Shown here piece after piece: positions 17,906 through 27,429 of a DNA stretch of 64,000 bases; the stretch's first letter is position 1; the number at the start of each line of letters is the position of its first letter. A model generated the notes under the pieces. That model was given only the letters and a program-made list of their open reading frames with translations. It made no database searches and was not told the origin of the DNA. This stretch comes from Flavobacteriales bacterium. GTDB taxonomy: Bacteria; Bacteroidota; Bacteroidia; Flavobacteriales_C; GCA-002722245. Where the stretch lies: positions 19,818 through 83,817 of the forward strand of contig PBEC01000018.1 in assembly GCA_002717515.1 (NCBI GenBank). Reading direction: 5' to 3'. The translations under genes and the position numbers were made by a program.

Positions 17906-18724
17906 ATGAAAAAATACAGTATTGTTTTTGATAATAAATGTGCCGTTTGTAACACCAGTGTTAAAACGTTTCAGAAGTTAGGTTTTCTTGAATCGATTCA
18001 AGCTATTGAACTTGATAAATTTCGAGAAAATAATTTAGCGTGTAATGTTAATCCCGTCAGAGCGTGTAATGAAATGGCCGTAATAAATAATGAATCATTG
18101 GAGGTGAGTTATGGTTATGATGGTTATGTAAACCTCTTAGGAGTTAGATTCAAGCGATTATCAAAATTCATGTCTGTGAAAACAATCAGGGCGTTACTAA
18201 ATCCATTTTATCATTTTATTGCAAGCAATAGAAGGGTTATTGCGCCAATAAAAGGATCTGAATCTACATGTATTCCTACTCTAAGAAAAGGATATCGATT
18301 CCTTTTTTTACTAATGGTTAGTTTTTATTCAATCGCGATTACGTATTTAAAGGGAGAGCTTCTTAGTGAGTACAACGGACTGAATTTTTTGTCTGGAGAA
18401 AGACTCATATTAACAACGGGTTTAGGTTGGATATTTGTGGGGCTTTTTTATAAAAAAGCAAATAAGTGGGAGTATTGGGGCCATTTGGCCATGATAGCAT
18501 GTTTTGGAGTTTTAATTCAAAGTTTTACCCTTTTAGGGTTTTACTTCTTTCAAAACTTCCTCTGGATTTTTGTAGGTATTGCATTGAGTGATTTGTTTAT
18601 GCTGTGGATGCACTATAATCGAATGAAAATCATACAAGAGAATCAAATTCAAACTCTTATCTGGTGGGTTTCACTTCATTTTATAGCGGGAGTTCAGATT
18701 GTTTTTTATTCAAATACTATTTAA
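17906..18724 (+). CDS. DCC/DUF393 thiol-disulfide oxidoreductase-like domain fused to a multi-TM domain
   Basis: FDNKCAVC (DxxCxxC) at the N-terminus; about 4-5 hydrophobic helices in the C-terminal half. Confidence 0.8.
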   Translation: MKKYSIVFDNKCAVCNTSVKTFQKLGFLESIQAIELDKFRENNLACNVNPVRACNEMAVINNESLEVSYGYDGYVNLLGVRFKRLSKFMSVKTIRALLNPFYHFIASNRRVIAPIKGSESTCIPTLRKGYRFLFLLMVSFYSIAITYLKGELLSEYNGLNFLSGERLILTTGLGWIFVGLFYKKANKWEYWGHLAMIACFGVLIQSFTLLGFYFFQNFLWIFVGIALSDLFMLWMHYNRMKIIQENQIQTLIWWVSLHFIAGVQIVFYSNTI

Positions 18725-18727
18725 GTT

Positions 18728-19231
18728 ATGAAAAAGTCGTTTAAAAGAGATTGGATTTTGTACAACTCAATTGCTTCAATTGTTAGCTTGGTTACTTATT
18801 TTTTATACCCTTTTTTTATTACGGTTTCTGTTGTAGTAATTCAGGTAATTATCTTAAGGAGATATTTGAAATGGCGTGCTTTGCTTTGGATTTTAAACCC
18901 CTTTTTGGTGTCTTTTGGAATATTCATTGCTTCTGAAAATTTAATTTATGGAGTTCTGCTAACATCATTCATACTCGAGTTCATATTTTTTATCACGATT
19001 GGGAAATTTAGTAAAATGATATGGTCGCTGATAATAGGAATATTTACAACTTTAGGGATTTTTTTGATTGATAACTTTCGTGGAATGAACAGTGTTTTAG
19101 TTGTAATTCAGCTGGTTTTACTAACAGTGCTTTTATGGGTTATTGAGGCTCATTACCTGAACAAAATTCTTAAAACAATTCCTGTCAAAATAGAAAAGAG
19201 CTTAAGTTCTGAAATTTTAGATGCACCATGA
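18728..19231 (+). CDS. Hypothetical integral membrane protein
   Basis: Highly hydrophobic 167-aa ORF; overlaps the next start (ATGA). Confidence 0.7.
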   Translation: MKKSFKRDWILYNSIASIVSLVTYFLYPFFITVSVVVIQVIILRRYLKWRALLWILNPFLVSFGIFIASENLIYGVLLTSFILEFIFFITIGKFSKMIWSLIIGIFTTLGIFLIDNFRGMNSVLVVIQLVLLTVLLWVIEAHYLNKILKTIPVKIEKSLSSEILDAP

Positions 19232-19953
19232 AAACATTTTTGAAGGCACATTGGAAGAATCTTATTATGATCAATTTTGAAGTCCCTAAGGAATTGTTAC
19301 AACCTTATGTCCCTCAAGGAACTGAAATTGATCTTTGGAAAGGAAAAGCGTATTTAAGTTTGGTTGCGTTTCTTTTTGACAAAACTTATGTTCTTGGTAT
19401 TCCTGCATTGTGGAATCAAAAATTTGAAGAACTAAACATCCGATTTTATATAAAAAGAGTCGAGGATAAAGAAGAAAAAAGAGGCGTTGCGTTTATCCGA
19501 GAAATTGTTCCAAAACCACTAGTGACTAGTTTAGCAAACTTGTGTTTCTCAGAGCACTACGAAACTTTGAAAATGGGGCACAAAACGATTTATTTTGATT
19601 CAACAAAAAAGGAGATTAAAAATTTGGAATATACAGTTGAAAAAAATGGTTTTCACAGAGTTTCAGCAAGGTTGACTTCAAATTTAATTGACTTACCCAA
19701 AGAGAGTTTTGAGGAATTTATAGCTGAGCACTATTGGGGGTATTCTAAAGTGAATTGCAAAAAAACCATTGAGTATGAAGTTCAACATCCTAAATGGAGA
19801 ATTTTTAATGGTGCAAAAGTCAGTTTTAATTGTGATTTTAGAGCACTTTACGGGGAAGAGTGGGCGTTTTTGAATAGACAAAATCCTGTGTCTATGTTTG
19901 TTGCTGAGGGTTCTGAAATCAAAGTTGGTTTTCCAAAAACTATTAGTTGGTGA
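19228..19953 (+). CDS. YqjF/DUF2071 family protein
   Basis: FL.AHW.NL.MINFEV, LSLVAFLF, FEELNIRFY, RGVAFIREIVP and FIAEHYWGY. Confidence 0.88.
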   Translation: MKTFLKAHWKNLIMINFEVPKELLQPYVPQGTEIDLWKGKAYLSLVAFLFDKTYVLGIPALWNQKFEELNIRFYIKRVEDKEEKRGVAFIREIVPKPLVTSLANLCFSEHYETLKMGHKTIYFDSTKKEIKNLEYTVEKNGFHRVSARLTSNLIDLPKESFEEFIAEHYWGYSKVNCKKTIEYEVQHPKWRIFNGAKVSFNCDFRALYGEEWAFLNRQNPVSMFVAEGSEIKVGFPKTISW

Positions 19954-19982
19954 TGATTTTGAATAGTTATAAATAATAAGAT

Positions 19983-20654
19983 ATGAGATTTCATGGAGAG
20001 TTGCACGATATTAAATTGATTAATTTTTCTGTAAAAATTGAAGAGGTTATTGCCTCCGTTCCAAAAGCATTTCGTGTTCTACAAGAAAATGGCTCAGCAA
20101 TAATATCAATGGTTGATGTCAATCTGAAAAATATGAGTTCTTCTATTTTTCCATTTTTTAAATTTGACACCAGATATGTTGCTTTTCGTCTTTTGCTTGA
20201 TGACACAAATATTTCAGGGATTAGTAATCCAAAAGGAGTATACTTTTTGAAAAATTTTTCGAACCGTCCTTTTTTAAATTTTTTTGGTAATTTAATGAAT
20301 CATCGTAAATCAGTTTATGCGAATATAATGGAATACTTTGATGCCTTTAGTTTGAAAAAGGGTTCTAAATATTTAGAGTATGCTTTAGATCCATACTCTA
20401 AATGTAAAGGAGAACCTTTTTTACATCAGAAAATTCATCGAATCGACCGAGTTTATGAAACCAGTGATGAGGGGGTATTGGTGTCGAAAATATTCAAAGA
20501 AAATTATTGGCCCATTGAACCGATTAAATGTTATCATTTTGCAACTAATTTTTTTGAAACAGCTCGGTTTTTAGGTGCCTTTAAAGTAAAAAACAATTTA
20601 AATTATACTTGGAATTCTCCTGTTTTGGTTTCAGGAAAAAAACGTTTAAAGTAA
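19983..20654 (+). CDS. Divergent DUF2071-like paralogue
   Basis: LINFSV..EEV, AIISMV, RYVAFRLL and KGVYFL repeat the motif order of the upstream DUF2071 protein. Confidence 0.7.
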   Translation: MRFHGELHDIKLINFSVKIEEVIASVPKAFRVLQENGSAIISMVDVNLKNMSSSIFPFFKFDTRYVAFRLLLDDTNISGISNPKGVYFLKNFSNRPFLNFFGNLMNHRKSVYANIMEYFDAFSLKKGSKYLEYALDPYSKCKGEPFLHQKIHRIDRVYETSDEGVLVSKIFKENYWPIEPIKCYHFATNFFETARFLGAFKVKNNLNYTWNSPVLVSGKKRLK

Positions 20655-20655
20655 A

Positions 20656-21519
20656 ATGAGAATAGCAATTTTTGGAGGAACGGGACAAGTGGGCTCAGTA
20701 ATAACGAAAAGGGTGATTGAGAATTTCCCAAATGCTGAAATATTGAGCTGCTCAAGGACAGGAAAAGGTCCTTGTGGACTTTCCTTTAATGTGTTTCAAG
20801 AAGATTGGACTGCTTTAGGCAAATTAGATGTAATCATAAATTCTGTTGGAATAATTGAAGAAAAAGGAGAAAATACATACGATAAAATCCATATAGGTGT
20901 TGTTAAAAAGATTATTTCTGAAAGAAAAAATCTAGGGAATCCAAAAATCATTCACGTCTCTGTTTTGGGAGCGGATTCTCAATCTAATTCCCGTTACGCA
21001 TCTTCAAAAGGCATTGCCGATCAAATACTACAAGAACAAGAAGACTGGAACATCATTCGGCCGAGCTTTGTGTGTACTCCAGGAACAGCAATAATTAATA
21101 AAATAATGATGCTCAAAAATATTGCAAAATGGAATTTTTGGTTTTTACCTTGTCCTGCTCATTTTTTGAGTGCAAAGTTCCAACCAGTAATGGGCGATGA
21201 TTTAGCTTTTGTAGCTATTGAATGTATCAAACAAAATCTTTCCAATCAAATGATTTATGCAACAGGGCCTAATATTTTCACCCTAGAAGATTGGATTAAA
21301 ATTGCAGGTAAGGGGAAAATAAAAATTATTAAAATCCCAAAACGAATTGTTGATTTTCCTTTCAGAATGATAATTAAAATATTTCCTCAAATAATGAGCA
21401 CTGACCAGTATTTATTATTAGGGGAGGATAATGTACATGAGCATTCGTTGCTGGAAAAAATATTACAAAGAAAACCCAGAACTACTTTGGACTTCTGGAA
21501 AGATGAATTGAGCGAATGA
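20656..21519 (+). CDS. Atypical SDR / NAD(P)H-binding protein (NDUFA9-like)
   Basis: GGTGQVG Rossmann motif, DVIINSVGII, HVSVLGA, YASSK and IIRPS. Confidence 0.85.
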   Translation: MRIAIFGGTGQVGSVITKRVIENFPNAEILSCSRTGKGPCGLSFNVFQEDWTALGKLDVIINSVGIIEEKGENTYDKIHIGVVKKIISERKNLGNPKIIHVSVLGADSQSNSRYASSKGIADQILQEQEDWNIIRPSFVCTPGTAIINKIMMLKNIAKWNFWFLPCPAHFLSAKFQPVMGDDLAFVAIECIKQNLSNQMIYATGPNIFTLEDWIKIAGKGKIKIIKIPKRIVDFPFRMIIKIFPQIMSTDQYLLLGEDNVHEHSLLEKILQRKPRTTLDFWKDELSE

Positions 21520-21527
21520 AGAGGTGT

Positions 21528-22562
21528 TTAATTTGCTTCAATGGATAAGCATATTGCTTCCAATTCTTTTACAAATCTTCGTTTATTAAAATTTGGTCCA
21601 AACACGAAAGCGTCGGCTACGATTACACGGTTTCTAAGTTCATCAACATGAGCAACACTAACAAATGGACCTCCCATGGTTCCGTTTTTCAGGTCCCACC
21701 ATCCTTTTACTTCATATCCATATTTCCCATTAATATTCACTTCTTCTGTTGATACAGGAAGTTCTTTAAAAACCTTCATGTAAGCTTTTATTGTATCGTT
21801 TTGAGAGGATCCTTCAATGTACAGTTTTGTGATGGAATCTCGCATTTCAATAAATTTGTTTGGCGTGAATATATCCTTAGAAGAATAATCAAAGAAATAA
21901 GTGAAAATACCCGTTTGTAAATAACAGTTTCTTTGATTGAATTTTTCACATTTAATTTTTGCTTTCTTTGTGACGTAAAAAAAGTTAGTTGAATCTATAG
22001 CTAAAGCATAGCTTTTTGGTATTGTAAGTTTTATTCCATGATTGTTTGATAAAGTTGTTTCGAGAGATTCATTGTTTTTAACCCTGGCCAGCTCTTGAAT
22101 AATTTTAGTTCTATGGTTGTCAATTAGAGAGAAAATTTCCCTTTTTTTATTCATAAAAACTTCTATTGTTTCTTTGTGAGATTTACCCATAACCTGAACG
22201 ATAATTTGTCCATTTGCATAAACATCTTTTTTGACTGCTATTCCACTACTGTTGACTTTTCCTGAGGATACAAACATTAAAATATTTCGTTGTCTCTGAA
22301 ATAATCGATTGAATGCTTTTGAACGAATTTTCTGAAGGTCGAATTCAGGTTCTTTGTTTAATAACCCTTCAATTTCTTTTGTAAAAACAGGCTCTATAAA
22401 GTTTTGTAAACCATAATCCCACAAGTTTTGATCTGCAATTATATTTATTGTACTGTAGCCACCAACGGCATCTGGTAAATAAGAAAAATTTGATTTTTCG
22501 TCTTCTTGGCTGTTACATGCCGTCAGAATTAAAACGGTTAAAAAAAAAGTAATATAACGCAT
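21528..22562 (-). CDS. DUF4837 family lipoprotein
   Basis: Lipobox LTAC, EP.FDL, GWW....TMGGPF.S and FVFGP..NKR..VKELEAI; downstream of mltD. Confidence 0.8.
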   Translation of the reverse strand: MRYITFFLTVLILTACNSQEDEKSNFSYLPDAVGGYSTINIIADQNLWDYGLQNFIEPVFTKEIEGLLNKEPEFDLQKIRSKAFNRLFQRQRNILMFVSSGKVNSSGIAVKKDVYANGQIIVQVMGKSHKETIEVFMNKKREIFSLIDNHRTKIIQELARVKNNESLETTLSNNHGIKLTIPKSYALAIDSTNFFYVTKKAKIKCEKFNQRNCYLQTGIFTYFFDYSSKDIFTPNKFIEMRDSITKLYIEGSSQNDTIKAYMKVFKELPVSTEEVNINGKYGYEVKGWWDLKNGTMGGPFVSVAHVDELRNRVIVADAFVFGPNFNKRRFVKELEAICLSIEAN

Positions 22563-22564
22563 AG

Positions 22565-24055
22565 TTAAGTGGACTTTATTTTTATTTTCATTCCAGGCTT
22601 CAATATTTTTCTTGCTGACATACGATTCAGCTTCATAATATCGTTTGCAGAAACTCCTTCATATTTTTTTGCTATATCCCATAACGTATCACCACTTCGA
22701 ATAGTATAATATAAGTATCCGTTATAGGTTTGCTCTTCTTTTATTGTATATCCATGTGTCGAAGAATTCTTTTTAGCAAATATTACAAGTTTCTGCCCGG
22801 GATATATATATTTTTTATTTGATAAATTATTCCATTCTCTTATTTCTGAAATTCGAACATTATATCTTTGAGCGATTAAACCTACGCTTTCTCCATTTCT
22901 AACTCTATGTACAACCTCTCTTCTATTCGCATAAATATCAACGGGTGTTGTTTTAAGATCTTTACTTTTGTAATTGTAAATGGTTTCTTCATTGGTTAGA
23001 AAATCTCCAATTAGTGAAACGGGTAGTGTGATAAAATATTTGCAGGAATCATTTTCTCTTATTGGAATGTAAGCTCTTTTATATTGAGGGTTTAAGAAGG
23101 CTAAGTCTTTATTGGAAATGCATAAAACTTCAGCTATTTGGTTGAAATGCAGAGGCTGTTTAATAACGACTGTGTCGATGTTCCGGATTTCAAATTTGGG
23201 TTTAACGGGATATAAGTTGTGATCAGCTGCGTGATTGAGTAAATAGGCTACAGCCATAAAAGATGGAATGTAGTTTCTTGTTTCAAGAGGTAAGCCGTAT
23301 TGAATTTCCCAAAAGTTCTTTTTTCCTCCGGATCTTCTGATTGCTTTGTTCACATTTCCTGGACCAGCATTGTATGCCGCTAGGGCAAGAAGCCAGTCGT
23401 CATAAATTTCATATAGATAAGACAAATATTTTACGGCGGCTTGAGTCGATTTAATGGGGTCTCTTCTTTCATCTATATAAGAATTGATTTCCAAGCCCAA
23501 ATATTTACCTGTCCGATACATAAACTGCCACATGCCTACGGCTCCAGCTCTCGATCTTACGGTATTGTTTAAAGCCGATTCAACTATTGGAAGATATTTT
23601 AATTCTAAAGGTAAATCATTTTTTTCAAGCTCTTCTTCGAAAAGAGGAAAGTATAATTCTGCCATTCCCATCACTTTTGAGAGCATATGTCTTCTGTTTT
23701 TTCCATATACATTTATACACCTTTTAACCTTGCCGTTGAAAGTGAATTCAATGGGTGAGAAGGCATTCATATCTTGCATTCTCAGTTGTAATATAGAGTC
23801 GGGATATTCAGGGATGGAGTCAAGAGGGAAATTATGGATGTTTAGGATGCTTATATCGTAGCTTATTGGGTTTTTATTAAAGATTCTTGCCTCATGTAAA
23901 CTGTCCAACATTTCCAGGAAAGGATCATCATCTAAAATATGGGAGATGGTAGTAGAATCTTTGAATAAAGAGTCGGATGGTGAATTCACTGCATCGGATT
24001 GTGCAGCAACAAATTTTGCTATAACGATAAATAAAATTTTTATCCAGTTTTTCAT
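22565..24055 (-). CDS. mltD: Membrane-bound lytic transglycosylase D (SLT domain + 2 LysM)
   Basis: LKYLPIVESAL catalytic Glu, GAVGMWQFM, LAAYNAGPG and two LysM repeats. Start 24055 preferred over 24130. Confidence 0.92.
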   Translation of the reverse strand: MKNWIKILFIVIAKFVAAQSDAVNSPSDSLFKDSTTISHILDDDPFLEMLDSLHEARIFNKNPISYDISILNIHNFPLDSIPEYPDSILQLRMQDMNAFSPIEFTFNGKVKRCINVYGKNRRHMLSKVMGMAELYFPLFEEELEKNDLPLELKYLPIVESALNNTVRSRAGAVGMWQFMYRTGKYLGLEINSYIDERRDPIKSTQAAVKYLSYLYEIYDDWLLALAAYNAGPGNVNKAIRRSGGKKNFWEIQYGLPLETRNYIPSFMAVAYLLNHAADHNLYPVKPKFEIRNIDTVVIKQPLHFNQIAEVLCISNKDLAFLNPQYKRAYIPIRENDSCKYFITLPVSLIGDFLTNEETIYNYKSKDLKTTPVDIYANRREVVHRVRNGESVGLIAQRYNVRISEIREWNNLSNKKYIYPGQKLVIFAKKNSSTHGYTIKEEQTYNGYLYYTIRSGDTLWDIAKKYEGVSANDIMKLNRMSARKILKPGMKIKIKST

Positions 24056-24128
24056 CCAATGATAACTTTTTTTAAAAATAGAAAATCTGACCCGTGCTGT
24101 AAAGGTCTTCTTTATTCTTGAAGGAAAC

Positions 24129-24160
24129 AAAAAAAGCCTCGCATTTTGCGAGGCTTTTTT
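24129..24160. terminator. Intrinsic terminator after the T9SS cargo gene
   Basis: A7-GCCTCGCA-TTT-TGCGAGGC-T6. Confidence 0.9.
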
Positions 24161-24174
24161 ATACTTATTGTTTT

Positions 24175-25077
24175 TTATTTTACTACAATTCTAGATGTTG
24201 ATATAATACCGTTTGCTCTAGCTTTTACAAAGTAAATTCCTGAATTCAATGTTGATGAATTGACGGTGATAGAGTTTCCTGATGCTGTTTCGCTTAATAC
24301 TAAGTTTCCAATTGCATCAAATACTTCAATGTTTTCTAAACCAAAAGACTGTACTGTAAAGTTTTCTGTAGAAGGGTTTGGAAAAACAGTAAGCGTATTT
24401 TTTGTGATGTTTTCCTCGGTAGAGGTAATGATGCTGAAGTTATTTTGAACCATCATCGAAAGCTTACCGTCTTTAAGAATGGCTATTCTACCATATTCTT
24501 TGGTTTCCCAAAAGTAAAAGGTTTCTGAATACAAACTTGGGACTTCGAAAGTTTCTTCTACCAAAACAGCATCAAAATTACCATATGATGTAGTTACTGT
24601 TCCTTCGGCGATTACCGAGCCACTTATAGAAGCAGGAACATTACCCATAAAGGAAGGGATTGATGTGTTGCTGACCCATACTGATGAGGAGTTGTGAGCA
24701 AATCCTGAGGATGCAGCTGAATTGAATGCATAGTCGGTATTATTCGCTTTTATGGCTGTCATAAGAATATCAGAGCCTGTTACTTGATAGTTAGTTTCTA
24801 AAATGTTATCGGATACAACACTAACTGTTGATCCTGTTCCTGCCGAAGGAGATTTTACTCGAACTGTGTCATTTAATGATGAGGTTTCATACGAAGTCAA
24901 ATCCCAGGTAACATCTGTTCCTGTTTTTGTGAAATCATCAATTGTAATACTTCCTGTAACTTTCATGTACCATTCGTTTCCTATGACTAATTTCATATCG
25001 GATGCTGTAACCTCAGTTCCTGTTGCGTACAGTCCAATTGAACAAAAAATAAGGGTAGAGAGTAATAAGTTTTTCAT
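24175..25077 (-). CDS. Small secreted protein with a T9SS type A sorting domain
   Basis: Signal peptide; C-terminal LTVFPNPST...LNSGIYFVK...SRIVVK. Confidence 0.9.
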   Translation of the reverse strand: MKNLLLSTLIFCSIGLYATGTEVTASDMKLVIGNEWYMKVTGSITIDDFTKTGTDVTWDLTSYETSSLNDTVRVKSPSAGTGSTVSVVSDNILETNYQVTGSDILMTAIKANNTDYAFNSAASSGFAHNSSSVWVSNTSIPSFMGNVPASISGSVIAEGTVTTSYGNFDAVLVEETFEVPSLYSETFYFWETKEYGRIAILKDGKLSMMVQNNFSIITSTEENITKNTLTVFPNPSTENFTVQSFGLENIEVFDAIGNLVLSETASGNSITVNSSTLNSGIYFVKARANGIISTSRIVVK

Positions 25078-25201
25078 ATAAATCTGTTTTTAATTTGATT
25101 GCTAATTTAAAGCATCTTTCATAAATTCCCAATTTCAAAACGACAGTACAACTTGATAATGGATTCATTCGTAGAAAAAAGTTTATGTTACAGAACTTAT
25201 A

Positions 25202-26005
25202 ATGATAAAAACTACCGACTACAAAGGAGCTAGGATTAAGTACTCCATTAAGGGAAAATCTAAAAGAACAGTAGTTCTCATTCATGGTTTTTTAGAGAAT
25301 CATAAGGTGTGGGATGATTATACCAAGGTTCTTGCGAAAAAGAATACAGTTTACGCGATTGACTTGCCCGGCCACGGAGATAGTGATTGTATTGGTTACA
25401 TCCACTCAATGGAGGAAATGGCTGGAGGAATAAAAAAAATATTGGATGACAACAATAAGCGAAAAGCAATTCTCGTAGGACACTCTTTAGGAGGTTATGT
25501 TGCTTTGGCTTTTGGAGATAAATATCCTGATGCCTTGAAAGGGTTATGTTTGTTTAATTCTACAGCTAAACCGGATACTGAGGAAAAGATAAAGTATCGA
25601 AATAGAGCAATCCAAGTCGTAAAGCGAAATCATGAAATTTTCATAAAAGAAGCCATACCGAATTTATTTGTCAATATGAATACTCCCGTTTTAAGAGGAG
25701 CGGTTAAAAGAGTTTTAAATATGGCTTTAAAAACCCCTAAACAAGGAATGTTGGCAGCATTGGAAGGAATGAAGAGTCGTCCAGATAGACAGGTTATTCT
25801 TCGGTTTGCACCTTATCCAGTTTTATTTGTAGCTGGAAAAAAAGATTCGGTTATTCGCTGGCGAGATTTAAAAATCCAAAGTGAACTTTGCGCAAAAGGA
25901 ATATTTCATTTATCTGAAAAAGGAGGACACATGTGTTTTTATGAGGACAAATATCCTTGCTTGAAGGTATTGGAAAAATTTATCATCAGTTGCTATTCAT
26001 CCTAA
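25202..26005 (+). CDS. Alpha/beta fold hydrolase
   Basis: LIHGFLE, IDLPGHG, GHSLG nucleophile elbow and GHM His motif. Confidence 0.92.
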   Translation: MIKTTDYKGARIKYSIKGKSKRTVVLIHGFLENHKVWDDYTKVLAKKNTVYAIDLPGHGDSDCIGYIHSMEEMAGGIKKILDDNNKRKAILVGHSLGGYVALAFGDKYPDALKGLCLFNSTAKPDTEEKIKYRNRAIQVVKRNHEIFIKEAIPNLFVNMNTPVLRGAVKRVLNMALKTPKQGMLAALEGMKSRPDRQVILRFAPYPVLFVAGKKDSVIRWRDLKIQSELCAKGIFHLSEKGGHMCFYEDKYPCLKVLEKFIISCYSS

Positions 26006-26026
26006 AAAAAGCGACTAGCAAAAGCT

Positions 26027-27364
26027 TTATTGCAGTAATTTTTTTACAGCAATATTAATTTTAACCGCTTCAATTTTTGAAAAGTTTTTTTCCATTTTTT
26101 TGTTAATTTCAGCCGAACATAAATTGCCAAGAGATCCTTCGTGTGTGTGATGGATTTCTTTATTTGGTTTGAACTTTCCTTTTTCTATTTCTTGTCCTAC
26201 TTGTTTATAAGCCTCACGAAAAGGAATACCTTCCAGTACTCTTCGGTTTACTTCTTCCACACTAAAAAGGTAGTCGTAAATGTTGTTGTTTAAAATTCCA
26301 GGTTTAATTGAAATGTTTGGCACCATTAACAATGCAATTTCTAAGCACGATTTTATTTCTTTAAAAGCGTATATGTATTTTTCTTTAAGGAGTTGTAAAT
26401 CTCTGAAGTATCCCGAAGTTAAATTCCCCATGATTGCAGCCAGTTCACCAGGAATAGCCTGAAGTTTATTACATTTTCCTCTCATTAATTCAAAAACATC
26501 CGGGTTCTTTTTATGGGGCATTATGCTCGATCCTGTTGTGAATTCTTCTGGTAATTCAATGAAGTTGAAATTTTGACTCATGAATAAACAGCAATCGGCA
26601 GCAAACTTCATTAATGTTGTAGCCAAAGCACTGATTGAGTATGCAACAGTTCGTTCTGTTTTTCCTCTTGTCATTTGTGCGTATACCACGTTGTAATGTA
26701 GGTCCTCAAAACCTAATAGGTCTGTTGTTCTCGTTCGATTAATTGGAAAAGATGAACCATATCCTGCAGCTGATCCCAACGGGTTTTGATTTGTAAATCG
26801 GAAAGCTGTGGCCAATAAATCCATGTCGTCTGCAAGAGATTCTGCGTACGCTCCAAACCAAAGTCCAAATGAGGAAGGCATAGCAACTTGCAGGTGAGTA
26901 TATCCTGGGAGTAAAACATTTTTACAGGCTTCACTTTGCTCTTGAAAAACATCAAAAAGCTTTTTCACCAGATTCGAAATTTCTAATAATTCGTTTCTAC
27001 CGTATAGTTTTAAATCGACTAAAACCTGGTCGTTCCTTGATCGTGCACTGTGGATTTTTTTTCCTACATCACCAAGCTTTTTTGTCAAAATTGATTCTAC
27101 CTGAGAGTGCACATCCTCCATATCTTTTTCAATTTCAAAAGTGCCATCTTGAGTTGTTTTATAGATTTTAATCAACTCTGATTTTAAAGCAGGAAGTTCA
27201 GATTTATCTAATAAACCTACCTCTGTAAGCATTGTAACGTGTGCAATATTGCCTAATACATCAAAAGGTGCAAGGTGTAAATCCAGTTCTGTGTCGTTTC
27301 CGATTGTGAACTTTTCAATTGCTTCATCAACGTTAAATCCTTTGTCCCAGAGTTTCATGCTCAT
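26027..27364 (-). CDS. argH: Argininosuccinate lyase
   Basis: MKLWDKG, HSARSRNDQ, PGYTHLQ and GSSIMPHKKNPD. Start at 27364 or 27358; the longer ORF start at 27469 is rejected. Confidence 0.96.
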   Translation of the reverse strand: MSMKLWDKGFNVDEAIEKFTIGNDTELDLHLAPFDVLGNIAHVTMLTEVGLLDKSELPALKSELIKIYKTTQDGTFEIEKDMEDVHSQVESILTKKLGDVGKKIHSARSRNDQVLVDLKLYGRNELLEISNLVKKLFDVFQEQSEACKNVLLPGYTHLQVAMPSSFGLWFGAYAESLADDMDLLATAFRFTNQNPLGSAAGYGSSFPINRTRTTDLLGFEDLHYNVVYAQMTRGKTERTVAYSISALATTLMKFAADCCLFMSQNFNFIELPEEFTTGSSIMPHKKNPDVFELMRGKCNKLQAIPGELAAIMGNLTSGYFRDLQLLKEKYIYAFKEIKSCLEIALLMVPNISIKPGILNNNIYDYLFSVEEVNRRVLEGIPFREAYKQVGQEIEKGKFKPNKEIHHTHEGSLGNLCSAEINKKMEKNFSKIEAVKINIAVKKLLQ

Positions 27365-27429
27365 TAATTTATTTGTAAAAATACACGATAAACCCAAACG
27401 TTCCACATTTTGAGTTTGTAATTCAAAAA

